Positions 1 through 12,123 of a stretch of DNA of 64,000 nucleotides are shown piece by piece (the first letter of the stretch is position 1; every line of letters starts with the position of its first letter). The DNA is from Felis catus (Eukaryota): positions 1,364,001-1,428,000 of the forward strand of contig NC_058383.1 in NCBI RefSeq assembly GCF_018350175.1, in the 5' to 3' direction. The notes under the pieces are model-generated. The model saw nothing but the letters and a program-made list of their open reading frames with translations. It was not told the DNA's origin and searched no databases. The position numbers and the translations under genes are program-made.

Positions 1-189
1 CCAAACGTCCAGCCACTCAGTTTCAGCTTCCTTGCTGACCTGTGCCCGACGCCATCACGATGACCACAGTTGGCGGGAGGCGCATTTGTGCTTGTCTCGT
101 CCTCCCGCGTCCTCGTCCTATGCCGGGGAGAGCTGCCCTCCCCTCCCCCCCACCCCCGCCCCCAGCGCTGGCCCATGACCTTCCCCTGA

Positions 190-360
190 GGATGGACTGT
201 GGATTCCTCATCCAGCAGATTCGATCCTTCGCTATCATTATTTATCGCAGGCACAAGACACTCCAGATCTCGACAGTGGGGTCCCGCGAGGCTGGCTTGT
301 CGTCTTCTGACGCGACTCCATCGTGAGCGAAGCTTGTCCTTACTTTTCGAAGCCACCGAG
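190..360 (-). mobile_element. Ancient L1M (L1MC-like) fragment
   Basis: TGGATTCCT...CTATCATTATTTAT...CCAGATCT...CAGTGGG...GCTGGCT...TCCTTACTTT resembles recalled L1MC 3' consensus. Confidence 0.5.
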
Positions 361-1644
361 TGTGGAGGTTGTTTGGTACAGACGGCTGGGCTGGGCGGGT
401 GGGAGGAGAGACGGAGGGGAGGCAGGTCACGGGAGAGGGGCAGGTGCCGGGCGAGCCCCGGGCAGGGGGCTGGGTTTGAGCGTCTGCTCCCACCGCCGAC
501 GGCTGCCAGCTTCCCCACCTGCCCTTCCAGGCTGCCCCGGGGAGCGTAGGGGAAGAGCCTCCTCCAGGCTTCCCCGGGCGGGCGGAGCTGGGCCGTTGCG
601 GGCGGCAGGGGCCGGGAGGAGGGCAAGAGGGGCCAAAGCAGAGCCAGACTCCCGAGTCTGCCGAGGTTCTGCCCAGTGCCAACCGCGTGCGGGGGGAGAT
701 GGGAGAAAGTGGGCTGTGCCCGACCTCTGACCTCTGACCCAGGATTGGAGACGCAGGCTCTGGCTTGACCACCCTGGAGGCGGTTTTCTTTGCGAAGAAG
801 CTCGCCCTTGGGGGGTCCCAGGGTCTGGACGCAGGGGGACCGCCTCTGCCCAGGTCCTGCAGACCTCCCCGCCCAGGACCCGCCACCGCGTGCTGCCTGC
901 AGGACCCCCGGAAACACGCCCCTCTTCTGCCTCAAAACCTCCCAGCCCCACCCCTTCCTCCGAGAAGCCCTCCGGGTTCCCTCCCCGGGCAGGCCGTGCT
1001 GCTCTTCTGCCACTGCGTCCGCCACAGAAGCTGCACCCTGGACTCCGCCGAGGTACGTGGCGGGGGGGGGGCTCGCGGGGGACACTGAGGCGGCCCCGTC
1101 CCAGAACCGAGTGCAGGGGCCTCGGCCGGGCCCAGGGGTCTGCCTTCCACGACCTCCCGTGGGTGCCAACACAGGTGCCTCCCTGAGACGCACTGTGTCG
1201 CGTCCCGGGGCTGCCGTGGCAAACGCCGCAGACCGAGGCCCAAACCGCGGGGGATTATTCTCTGCAGGTGCGGGGGGGGGGGGCCCGAGTCGGAGGTCAA
1301 GGTGTCAGGGCCGCGCTCCGGCTCCGGGGGAGGGTCCTTCCGCGTCCCTCCGGCTCCCGGCGGCAGCTGGCGCTCGTCGCTCGCTCAGGGAGGAGCTGGC
1401 ATCCCCAGCCCTTGCCGCCTCTTTCCGTGGCCTCTGCGTCCGTGTCTCCCCTGTCCTGTCAGTGGCTGAGGGCCGCCCTGATCCAGGGTGATCTCAGACC
1501 CTTACCTGACTCAGACCGTCAAAGACCGCTTCCAAATGTGGCCCGACAGTGTTGGGCCACCGCCCGGGTAGCGTGGGCGTGTGTCCCTGGCTGCCACCTG
1601 CCGGCGCCTCATGGGGCTCTGCTCTCTGGACTCTGCTCTTGCTG

Positions 1645-2400
1645 TTTCCCACGTCAGAAGCCCCCCACTCCCACGTCGGGAGCCCCCTCCACTCCCACAT
1701 CAGGAGCTGCCCCCCCTACATCAGGAGCCCCCCCCCGCACTCCCACGACAGAAGCCCCACCCCTGCACTCCCACGTCAGGAGCCCCCCCACTCCTACGTC
1801 AGGAGCCCCCCCCCGCAGTCCCATGTCAGGAGCCCCCCACTCCCACGTCAGGAGCCCCCCCACTCCCACGTCAAGAGCCCCCCACTCCCACGTCAGGAGC
1901 CCCCCCATGTCAGGAGCCCCCCCCACTCCCACTCCTACATCAGAGCCCCCCCCACATCAGGAGTCCCCCACTACCACGTCAGGAGCTGCCCCCCCATGTC
2001 AGGAGCCCCCCCCCCCACTCCCACGACAGGAGCCCCACCCCTGCACTCCCACGTCAGGAGCCCCCCACTCCCACTCCCATGTCAGGAGCCTCCCCCCACT
2101 CCCACTCCCACATCAGAGCCCCCCCACTCCCACGTCAGGAGCCCCCCCACGTCAGGAGCCCCCCCTGCAGTCCCACATCAGGAGCCCCCCCACATCAGGA
2201 GCCCCCCCACTCCCACGTCAGGAGCTGCCCCCCGCACGTCAGGACCCCCCCTCCCCGCACTCCCACGACAGGAGCCCCACCCCTACACTCCCACGTCAGG
2301 AGCCCCCCACTCCCACTCCCACGTCAGGAGCCACCCACTCCCACTCCCATGTCAGGAGCCTGCCCCCACTCCCACTCCCACATCAGAGCCCCCCCTCCCA
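1645..2400. repeat. C-rich minisatellite, ~18-30 bp unit (ACTCCCACGTCAGGAGCCCCCC)
   Basis: About 30 variant units visible; explains the overlapping repetitive ORFs. Confidence 0.95.
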
Positions 2401-4323
2401 TAGCCGCCCTTATCCATCACCGGTCTTTGCTCGTGTGGCCTTCTTCCTTCGCCCCCACACCCACGGCCCCAACGCCCCTGGACCTAGCTGGCACCTGACA
2501 ACCTCCTGTCACTGCTGAACCGCTGTTCGTCTCCCAGTGGGTGGCCCGCAGCACTGTCCTTGCGGCCTCCTGCTGCATCCAAGGGCCACCCGCCAGGACC
2601 AAGGAACAGCACCCACAGGGCGAGGTCCCGGTCAGGGAAGCCGGGAGCATCGGGAGCTGGCACAGGCCTGAGGGGCGCGTCAGGGGGGCAGCCGCGTTCA
2701 TCTTTACCGCGTCCCAGGGTCATGGCGAGAACCGTACCCGCACCTGGCCCCGACCTGGCGACTGGTGGTACAGATGACACCAAGGCCGGGGGGGGGGGGG
2801 CATTCCCTGCAGCAGGGACCAGGCGGGCAGCTCCTCCCAGAAGCTGAAATGCCAGGCTGGGTGGCCGCAGGGTGAGGGAGGGACGGAGGTAAACAGGGAC
2901 CTGCCAGTCCCCCAGGGGAGACGGTGAGAGTGGCGGGCCCGCAGCTGCCTGTGGCCTAACTGCCTCCGGGCCAGGAAGCAGCTGGGGCGCGGGCCGGTCA
3001 GTGTCCCCAGCCCCAGCCCAGGCCTGGCCCTTCCCGGCGCTCTGGGTGGGGGGACGGGGAGAGGAGACCCAGGGCTCCCCGGGGCGCTGGTCAGTTCCCA
3101 ACTACCTCGCCCACTAAATTTAGAAACTGCTTCACCCCTGCCGGAAGCCCCACCAGTCTGGTGCCTGAGTCTCAAAGCCATGAGTCAGCGGTTATCAGGA
3201 CCTAGATGCCCGTGTGCTGGGGGGGAGGGGGGGCTGGGGCAAGTTCGGAGACCCGTCTATGCTCAGGCGGAGGTTTCTGGAATTTCCTCTGCTAGCGAAC
3301 AGTCCGTTGCAGAGCCTGGGACGCCGGAATCCGCCCGCGAGACGCCCCTGCGGTGAGGCTGGAGGGCTGCGTGCGAGGGGGCCGTAGGGACCCCGCTCTG
3401 CCAGTGCCCAGGAAGGCCGGGGCCCTGGCAGCCGGGCCGAGCGGTGTGATATCTGAGACTCGGCCGGGCAGCGAGCGGAAGCTCCGGGGAGGCAGCCTCT
3501 GGCTGGAGGCGGGAAGTACTTTCCAACAATTGTCTGAAAATAGAACGGGCTGGCTCACGAGGAAATGAGTCCCCCGTCACGGGAAGGGAGCAAGCAGCCG
3601 CAGGAACAGGCACGGGAATCCGAGCTCTCTGACCCCGGGAGGCCCCGAGTCCTGGGTTTCTCACCTGCGGGCACCCCCAAGTGTTCGGGGGGGGGGTAGA
3701 GGTAGAGGAAGCAGGACTGGGGTCCAGGCACCTAGCACCCAAACGTGCTGCCGGGAGGAAACACTGGTGGTGGCAGAGAGCAGTTTCTCCGGGACCCCGG
3801 GTGCGCAGAGCAGAGTCGCTGCGGGGAACACGCCTGGTCCCATGGCAACTGTGCCCCTCTGGCCGGGCGTCCGTTTCCCTTTGTCCTCAATTAGGGTCAG
3901 GGTAGAGGCCCTCGATGTCACACGCTGATGCCCCAAGGCTCAGGAGCTCGTGCTCTGGAGACCCCACCCCGCGTAACCCACACTCCCGGGACCCAGGCTG
4001 AGGCTGAGTTCGGGGCCGCCCAGCTCTGGGCTCCGGGGTGAAAACGCAGGGGAGCCGGCTGTGGTCTCCCCACCCCTGCAAGCCTTTGAGGGGGCACACT
4101 CGTGTCAGCCACAAAGGGCAGGGCAGATAAAAGCTGGGTGCCCCCGGGGCCCCTCTGCATGGCTTGTCTCTGTGGGACCCGGGGCTTCTGGGGGACACAG
4201 TTTAGGAACCAGGGCAAGCAGGGCCGTGGACTAAGGAGTAGGGAATCCCTTCGCCCAGCTAGCACCTCACCCACATTCCAAAGTTTCCCCTGGAAAGGCT
4301 GAAGCTGCAGAGGGGACGTAGAG

Positions 4324-4548
4324 TTTTTTGTTTTTTGTGTTTCTTTTTTTTTAATTAAAAAAATGTATTTATTTATTTGAGAGAGAGAGAGGCAGAGAGA
4401 ATGTGAGACACAGAATCCGAAGCAGCTCCGGGCCCCGAGCTGTCAGCACAGAGCCCGACGCGGGGCTGGAACTCACGAACCGTGAGATCGTGACCTGAGC
4501 CCAAGTCAAGAGTTGGAGGTTCAACCAGCTGAGCTCCCCAGGCACCCC
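4324..4548 (-). mobile_element. Can-SINE
   Basis: Poly(T), TTTATT, (GA)n and tRNA-derived head in reverse orientation. Confidence 0.9.
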
Positions 4549-7500
4549 TAGGCTTTCTTTGGTGGGAGCTCTTGGGGACACCCTGTGACCGGTCAGCAGT
4601 GGGGGGGGGGCAGAGGCCAAGGGCACGGGGCTGGGTAGTGATCGCAGCCCACGTCAGGCAGGACTGAAAGGAGGCATGGATGGGGAAAGTCTCGTCCCCC
4701 AGATGCGGCATCTCCTCAGGGGATGACAGTCCCTTGGCCTGTGCCCCCTCCTTCTCTCTTGGTCCGGGGGCTGGGTGGGAGTGGGGTGGGAGTGGGGTGG
4801 GGTGGGAGGGACCCAGAGCAGTGACTGCAGCCCTCCCGCCCTGCACAGCACAGACCTGACTTCACACTTTGTCTCACTGTCCCTATAAGCCCTCCAAGTG
4901 TCCCCAGTGCTGTCCTATTGGGGGCGGGGGGGGGGGGCTACATGTGGTTTTCTTTCCTTGTTTGGGATTCAAGTTTTCTGCAAAGAGCATATTAGTAGGT
5001 TTGAAATGAGAAAAAGACCCTCATTCGCTTTTCTTAAAAGTAAATAAATACGTAAAATAAACGTCCGAGGAATTCCACGCGGTGTCCTGACGGCAGCCGC
5101 AGCCCGTGTTTCCTTCGCAGAAAAGTGCCACCACACACTCGTCCTGCGCCCCGCGCCCTGACTTTCGGTGCAGACATTCTGGTCAGGGACAAGGTGTCCC
5201 AGGTTGGGGCGGGTCCAAAGTGACCTCGGGCTCAGTGGAGGCCCCCAAAGGAGCGTCCAGATCTTGGCATCTTGACGTCAGGTGCAAATTGGCGTTTCTC
5301 GTGGTATCGATCATTTACAACCGACGGTTCCACCGGATCCTCTGCTGTGATGTGTTACGGCCGGGTCGACGGGGCTCGGCTGGGTGCTTCTCGTCCTCGA
5401 GCGTCCCTGCTCACCGGCTCGTGACTCGGGCTTCCGCACCACGTGGCTCTGGGTTCCCAGAGCTGCTTTGCGCCGTGATGCATTAAAATAAGAAAGATAC
5501 GTCCGTCTTCCCCCCGGGTTCCTAAAAGCCTTGGTGTTTCCTGAATGGTGCGAACATCTTTTGTCATCCCCGATGAGCCCGCCCTGACCTTACCCGAGTT
5601 TGCGTTCAGGAGGTGACTGCTGGTGGGACTGTCAGCTTCGGGGGCGGGGGAAGGCCGTGACCGTGGCCTGTGTGATTAGAGGCCTGGGCCTCCAGGGAGG
5701 GGGCGGAGGCGGCCGCTCCGGGGCGATGGGCAAACCCAAGGATGTGGAGGATGTGCCGCGGGGGCGGCGGCCTGGGCAGGGCGCAAAGGCCCTCGTCCCT
5801 CTTCTCTTTTCTGGTCCATGCGTGTCCTCCTCTGATGCGTGTCCTCCTCTGACTGTTCCTGCCCTGTTTCCTTTACGGTAACGCTGTCACCCTACGCGTG
5901 ACGCTCTCACATGGTGAGCAGCACTGTGATGGCTTCCATCGCAGAGAATTACTGACCCCGAATCTGTCGTCAGCCGGGCAGCAACGGGCGCAGCCTGGGG
6001 ACCCGGGACTTGCGCTGGCGTCCGGGGACACGGGGGCAGCTTGGGGACGGAGCCCCTCACCTGTGCTCTGTGCCGGTGCCTCGTGGAGACGGAACTGAAT
6101 CGTGCGACGCCCAGCCGGGGCTGGAGAGCGGGAGAAATGGTTGGCGTTTGGGAAAACGCGACGATTTGTTTCGCGACCCGGCCTTCGCGACGCCGGACGT
6201 GACGCCCGCCGTCCTCTGTCGGCCAAGGCCGTGGGGAAGGTCTGTCCAGGCTCCTGGTGGGAAGGCACCGTCCCGGCATCCCCAGAAGGTGCGGCTTGCT
6301 GTGGTCACGGAGCTTGGCGACGCTCCGTAACGTGGAGACGGCAGAGCCCCTGTGCCCGGCTCCTCGGAAGGGTCTGGTGAATGCACAGTAAGTACCTCCC
6401 CCGGGGTGTGGGGCACGAGAGCGAGAGAATCCGCGGCTGCTCATCGATACCGCTGCGGTCGTTTGGGGGCCAGCGAGTCCCGCTGTGACTTCCACGTCCC
6501 GCTAGTCACATTCGGTGCCAGACCATTCTCTGTCTGAGGGGCCTGCTGGCAGCCGACAGGCTGGAGATTCTACCAGGAGGCAGCAGGAACCTGGCCGGAC
6601 TGCAGAGAGGACGGACCTGCCGCCCCGGGCAGGTGGGAGGGGTCGGGAGAAGTTTGTTCTTCAGGAATCTTGACCCGGTTGCTCTCAGAGTGTTGACCGG
6701 AAGTCAACTTTATTACTTCTTCAATACCATCATCCTGGCGACGGGGGTCTTTTCGTTTGGGAGCGTTCGGCAGCTCGTTGGGAGCTCGCTGCGTCTGACC
6801 TCAGGCCGTCCTCCTCCCAGTTTAGGGACGTGGAGGCAGGCTCGGAGATGGGGCGTCCCGCCCAAGGCCACGCAGCCGCCCAGTGCCAGGGTGCTCCCTC
6901 CGGACCTGCGGTGAGGGAGGGGCCCCTCTCCCCCCACTAGCGGGAGAAAGATGGTTTCCAGACTGGCCCCTCCCCAAGCCGCGCCGACCCAGTCCTCCAC
7001 CCCAGAAGTGAGCCGGGGACAAGCAGACAGCCACCCCCGAGTCACCCGGTAGCCATCGCTGCTTCCTGGCAGAGGACCCAGGGTTGGGGGGCGGGGGGCT
7101 CCGCTGCAGGGAAACGGGTGGGACCCGCACGCGCTGCTGGGGACGGGCTGAGGCCCTGGAGACTCCCCAGCGAGGCTGAGGACGGGCCCTGAGAGCAGGT
7201 GGACCCCGGCCGAGGCAGAGCTGCCGGCTCCCCGGGCGCGGGGAGGGGGGCTTCCCCGGCCAAGCTTCATCCTCCGGGGCAGTCGTGGCCGGGAGGGCCG
7301 AGGAAGGGGCGTCGCGAGCACCAGCACCGCCTGCCCTGCGCTGACGCATGACTCATCCGTTCCGGGTCAGCAAACATCCGCCTGCAAAGGCTTCCCCCTC
7401 ACAGGGCGTGGGGCGCAAACACCCCGCCCCGCTGACTTCCCAGAGGGCCCGGCTCGCCCGCCCTACCTTGTCCCCCAGGCCCGGCTGTCCGAGGTCCAAC

Positions 7501-8510
7501 CCCCACCTTTCCGGGGCCAGGGTGCCCCCTCGGGGGGGGGGGGGCTGGAGTTGGCCTGGCCCCTGCGTCTCCTCTTCTCCCGGAGGAGTCAAACTCGGGG
7601 CCTCGGGGTCCTTCCCGTTCCCCGGACCTCCGCCAGGGCCACCTGAGTCCGCCGCGCTGCCAACGTGTGATTCTCTGGAAGGAGGGCGGGGCCGCGCGCA
7701 CAGGGGTCGAGGGGCAGGTGGCGCCTCTCGCCGGGGCTCCCCGGGGGCTCTGACGGGCGCTTTATCTGGTGCGGGCAGACGCTCGTTCTGACCTTGTCCT
7801 TCCTGCGGCGTCCGCCTGGCAGGTACAGACAGACACACGAACACACGGGGGTCTCCCTCCCTCCTGGCGCCGCAGGTGGCGCAGGCCACCCACTCACGCG
7901 GCGCTCACGAGACTCACGCGCCCGCGCACGTGACCTGGCGTGTGCCTCGCGTGGGGCGCCCGGGTGCCCGCGTCCCGCCGCTCACCTGGCCGATCCCTTA
8001 GCGAGGACGTGGCCGCCTCACCTTTTGCTGTCACGACCGGCGTCCCCGCGATGAGCCGCGCACGCCCCAGGTCTCACACGTGAGCAGGTGCGCCTGTGGT
8101 AGCCAGCCCTGGGAGGGGGGAGGCCGGGTCTGGGGACGGGCAGGGTCTCCGGGGAAGGAGCCCCCGGATTCCCCTCCTGCACCCCCACCGGCGGCCGCGG
8201 CCGCCTGCTCCCCACGCCTTGCCTGACGGCGACGCCTGACTCTGGATTCTGATGACTGCGAAATGGGATTTCGATACCGTGTTAACGTGCACCGCTCTGA
8301 TCACACTCAGCTTTCTCTGTGTTTGTCATTTTATGTTTTTTCCTGAGGGATCTGTTCATATCCTCTGCCACTTTTTATCGCTTCCTTTTATAATCCTAGG
8401 AGCCTTTTGTAGATCAGGGGGGTAGACCTTTGTGATGTGGGTTGCCAATATTTTTCCCTAGTGTATACTTTGTGTTGTGACTTCGCTTATGGTGATTTTT
8501 GCCTTAAATC

Positions 8511-8723
8511 TTTTTTAGTGTGTCTGGGGGTTTATTTTAGAGAGAAAGAGCAGGTGAGCAGGAGAGAGGGGCATAGAGAGAGAAAGAGAGAGAAAAAAAA
8601 AATCTTAAGCACAATCCATGCTTAGCATGGTGATGTGGGGCTTGATCCCATGACCCTGGGATCATGACCTGAGCTGAAATCAAGAGTCGGAGGCTCAACC
8701 GACTGAGCCACTCAGGCGCTCCC
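8511..8723 (-). mobile_element. Can-SINE (older, diverged)
   Basis: ...ATCATGACCTGAGCTGAAATCAAGAGTCGG...GACTGAGCCACTCAGGCGC. Confidence 0.85.
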
Positions 8724-8864
8724 AGGGCCTGGGTCTCTAATTGTGATTTAAAAACATTTTTCCTGCTCCAAAGTTTTCTAAGGAGTCATTCGTGTTTTCT
8801 GCAAATATTTTAATGTTTTTTTAATTCATTTTTTATTGCAGGAAAATATTTATAAGGTTTACTA

Positions 8865-9060
8865 TTTTTTTTTTAAGTTTATTTACTTATTTTGAGAGAA
8901 TGAGAGCAGGGAGGGGCAGAGAGAGAGAGAGAATCCCAAGCAGGTTCCGGGCTGTCCTTGCAAAGCCTGACGTGAGGCGTGAACTCACGAACTGTGAGAT
9001 CATGACCTGAGCTGAAACCAAGGGTCGGACGCTTAACTGACTGGGCCACCCAGGCGCCCC
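8865..9060 (-). mobile_element. Can-SINE inserted in an L1M 3' fragment
   Basis: Typical reverse SINE ending ...CACCCAGGCGCCCC; flanks continue an L1-like sequence. Confidence 0.9.
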
Positions 9061-10086
9061 AAGATTTCCATTTTCACCCCTTTTAAGCGCACAGCTGAGT
9101 GGCACCCAGTACGTTCTCGTTGTTGTGCAAGCGTTTCCACAGCCCATTTCCAGAAGGTTTTCATCACTTACCGGCTTCTTCTTAAGAACGTCAGGTCTCT
9201 GGTCCATTGGAAATGTACAATACTGATGTGCGGTGAGGACCTCTTTTTGCAAATGGTCGTCACGCCGTTTCTACGTGACTCATTGAAAAACCCACCTTCC
9301 TTCTATTTTTCTGAGCCCGTTTTACAGTTGGGGAAACTGAGGCCAGGACTGTGCAGTGAGGAGTGCCCGGGTCACACCTGCACCCTCCACCTCGTCCCAG
9401 CCGCCCAGGGTCCGGCTCTTCCTGCCTTCGGGGAGCTGATGTGGGAGAACCTCGGAGCTGCTCTCAGAAACCAAACGTTCTAGAAGACGCTGAGGTCCAG
9501 ATAGGGGGAAGTGGACTCGAGGAACCAAATCGTTCACAACCCGAGGGGCCGGCAGCCCCAGCTTTCCTCTGAGGAGGCCCCTTGCACATCCCAGGGGACG
9601 TCGGGGCGGGGGTGGGGGATCGACCCTGGAGCGATGGGCCGGTGTAGAGGTGGTCAGCAAACACCCGTGTGCCCGGTTAGCCCCCGAGGCCCGGCACGCC
9701 CAGTGAGAACGAGGTCGCTCAGGAAGAGGCCCATTTCTCCAGGCGGCTTCCTGAATGCCAAGCCACACTGCGGCGCTAACCGTGGACCACAGGCCCACAA
9801 ACTTCCTGGCACTCTCTCCTGCCTGTTTCCTAGAATCCCCCCCACAAGGCAACTGAGGCTCTTGAACGCCCCTCAGCAGGTGCAGCCGTGCCCACGGGAG
9901 GCCTGTGGTCGCCCCCAGAGCCCTGGCGAGTTTCCTCCGCTCTTCGTCCGGAACTCAGACGTGCAGCCTCTTTGAGGCAGCTCGCTTTTTCTGCAAGACG
10001 GACCCAGGAACGGTCAAGGGGCTCAGCCTCCCATCCTAGTGCTGGGGGGGGGGTGGCGTTGGTGGGCTGGCGGGCCACGTGACTTG

Positions 10087-10799
10087 GGAGGCGCCAGACA
10101 TCCCTACCTAACAGAAGTAAATAAAACCAACGGATGGCCAAAGCCGTCATTGTTGAGTTTGTTGTGTATACACCAAAAAGACAGTTGGCAAAGCCGGGAA
10201 CACTCAAACCAAAACACAGAAGGGGGCTTGGGGGTGTCCTTAGGGAGCGGCTTCTATGGTGAGAAAGCAGTGTTCATTCTCCACAGGGACTGGTTTTCGC
10301 ATCAGAATTTTCCTCAACGGCAGGGAATTGGTTAGCGGTCCTCTCACATCAACCTCGGGAAAGAGAGGAAGCTTTGCTCTGATTTTCAGAGGCACAATCA
10401 AGAAATGACTTGGGTCGGGGCGCCTGGGTGGCGCAGTCGGTTAAGCGTCCAACTTCAGCCAGGTCACGATCTCGCGGTCCGTGAGTTTGAGCCCCGCGTC
10501 GGGCTCTGGGCTGATGGCTCAGAGCCTGGAGCCTGTTTCCAATTCTGTGTCTCCCTCTCTCTCTGACCCTCCCCGGTTCATGCTTTGTCTCTCTCTGTCC
10601 CAAAAATTAATAAACATTGAAAAAAAAATTAAAAAAAAAAAAGAAAGAAATGACTTGGGCCAACTTAGCCTTGCAAAGTCCGCTACCTCAGCTTCGTTGG
10701 TATGACCAAACTGGTGGTGTCTGTTCAGGGAGTTTGCAAGGTGGGTCTCTGTTTGTTTTGGATTTTGACAGAGGGGTCCCCTTTCTGGTGGCTCTGTCA
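10087..10799 (-). mobile_element. 3' LTR of the ERV, interrupted by a Can-SINE
   Basis: Aligns by eye with 14779-15245 at roughly 85-90% identity. Confidence 0.85.
10417..10644 (+). mobile_element. Can-SINE (Felis-type) with 17 bp target site duplication
   Basis: GGGGCGCCTGGGTGGCGCAGTCGGTTAAGCG head, (CT)n region, AATAAA and poly(A) tail; TSD AAGAAATGACTTGGG(T/C)C at 10400-10416 and 10645-10661. Confidence 0.95.
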
Positions 10800-11892
10800 G
10801 TGGGGTTCCCTCACCTTCAGACTTGCTGAGTCCTCAGGCCCAAGGGCCGTGGTCGCAGTCTCCATCATTTCTGTGGTTCTTGTTGATTTCATCCAGGGGA
10901 TTGGTCCTAATGGGTACCATTTGGCACACCAGGAGCTGCCTACCGCATTTCAAACCCTGGAGAGTGTACAAGGTAGTGGAGAGCCCAGCATGATGACCGT
11001 AAGAGCAGCAATACCCGAGGACTGAAAAGTTCCCCGGAGCCGAGGTTCCCAGGAGCGAAGATGTCACAATTCAAATACATTAAATGCGTTATATTTTTTT
11101 AAAGTTATTTTTCAAAAGCATGCATAATGCCTTAACAGTCACATCGCCCAACAGTTGCTTGGGACAGGGTGAACTTGAGGGTGTTGGCCAGTGCCTCAGC
11201 TGGGCTCCATCTAAATCAGGTCTCTATACGACGCGAGCGAGCGGGTAGTTTAACGACAGAGATTTCTACGGCAACAAAAGACAAAGGTTAATACTTCAAG
11301 CAAATTACAAATTCAGTTTCTGAGTTTGGAGAGCGGCCAGTTGAGTTTGCAGACGTCGGGGTTGGAGACTCTTCAGATGAGGCGAGCGCAGGGCAGTGGT
11401 GATCTGACCCGTTTCTCTGGCTTGCGGCATGAATGTGCCTGGGGATCTTTCCAAGCAGTCACACGGCCCCAGGCACGGGTCGCCGTCCACACACGAGCTG
11501 TTGTGCTGAGCTCTCCGAAGTTGACATCGAGTTGTCCAGCGTTGGGCAAAGGACGGTTTTAGTTTCATAAAGATTCCAAGTCCAGAGAATGGGAGAATTG
11601 GAAATGTTAGTTTGGAAAATTCTAGCCAAATTTTGGAGGAGACCGGAAGAATTCAGGATGCAGTCCAGATTACAGGTAGAAAACAAAATCTCAGAGACAA
11701 GAAACAGCACTAGAATCTGATATCCACAAAGATGTATTATCGAAGCCTATTTTCTCTCTGTAATCATCCCCTGTCTATCAAAGATAACCACAGTAAGACT
11801 AATTTGCTTGCAAATTAAGACTGTTTCCAAATACTTGGTATGATTATTTACATAAGTACACAGGAATAGTGATTGATCACATAGGTGCTTTT

Positions 11893-11914
11893 CAAAAATG
11901 TTTATTTATTTGTT

Positions 11915-11963
<49 letters not shown>

Positions 11964-12123
11964 AGGGAGGGGCAAAGAGAGATGGAGACACAGAATCCGA
12001 AGCAGGCTCCAGGCTCTGAACTGTCAAGGCAGAGCCTGAAGAGGGGCTCAAACCCGTGAACCATGAGGTCATGACCTGAGCCAAAGTTGGATGCTTAACC
12101 AACTGAGCCACTCAGGCGCCCCC
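11893..12123 (-). mobile_element. Can-SINE with expanded (GA)n inside the ERV
   Basis: TSD ATAGGTGCTTTT at 11881-11892 and 12126-12137; long pure (GA)n tract at ~11918-11960. Confidence 0.92.

Larger units (their letters stand above)
8290..9170 (-). mobile_element. Ancient L1M fragments interrupted by two SINEs
   Basis: TCTGTTCATATCCTCTGCCAC...TTGCCAATATTTTTCCC and CCATTTTCACCCCTTTTAAGCGCACAG...TTGTTGTGCAA...TCCAGAAG resemble L1M 3' sequences. Confidence 0.55.

Noticed and set aside
1268..2518. Pro/Ser/Thr-rich ORFs (416, 284, 305 aa), mucin/extensin-like
   Set aside because: Translations of the C-rich minisatellite in all frames.
6120..6620. CpG-rich patch with TTCGCGA/TTGGCG words and a MER20-like stretch
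   Set aside because: Similarity too weak to assign either a regulatory element or a transposon by eye.
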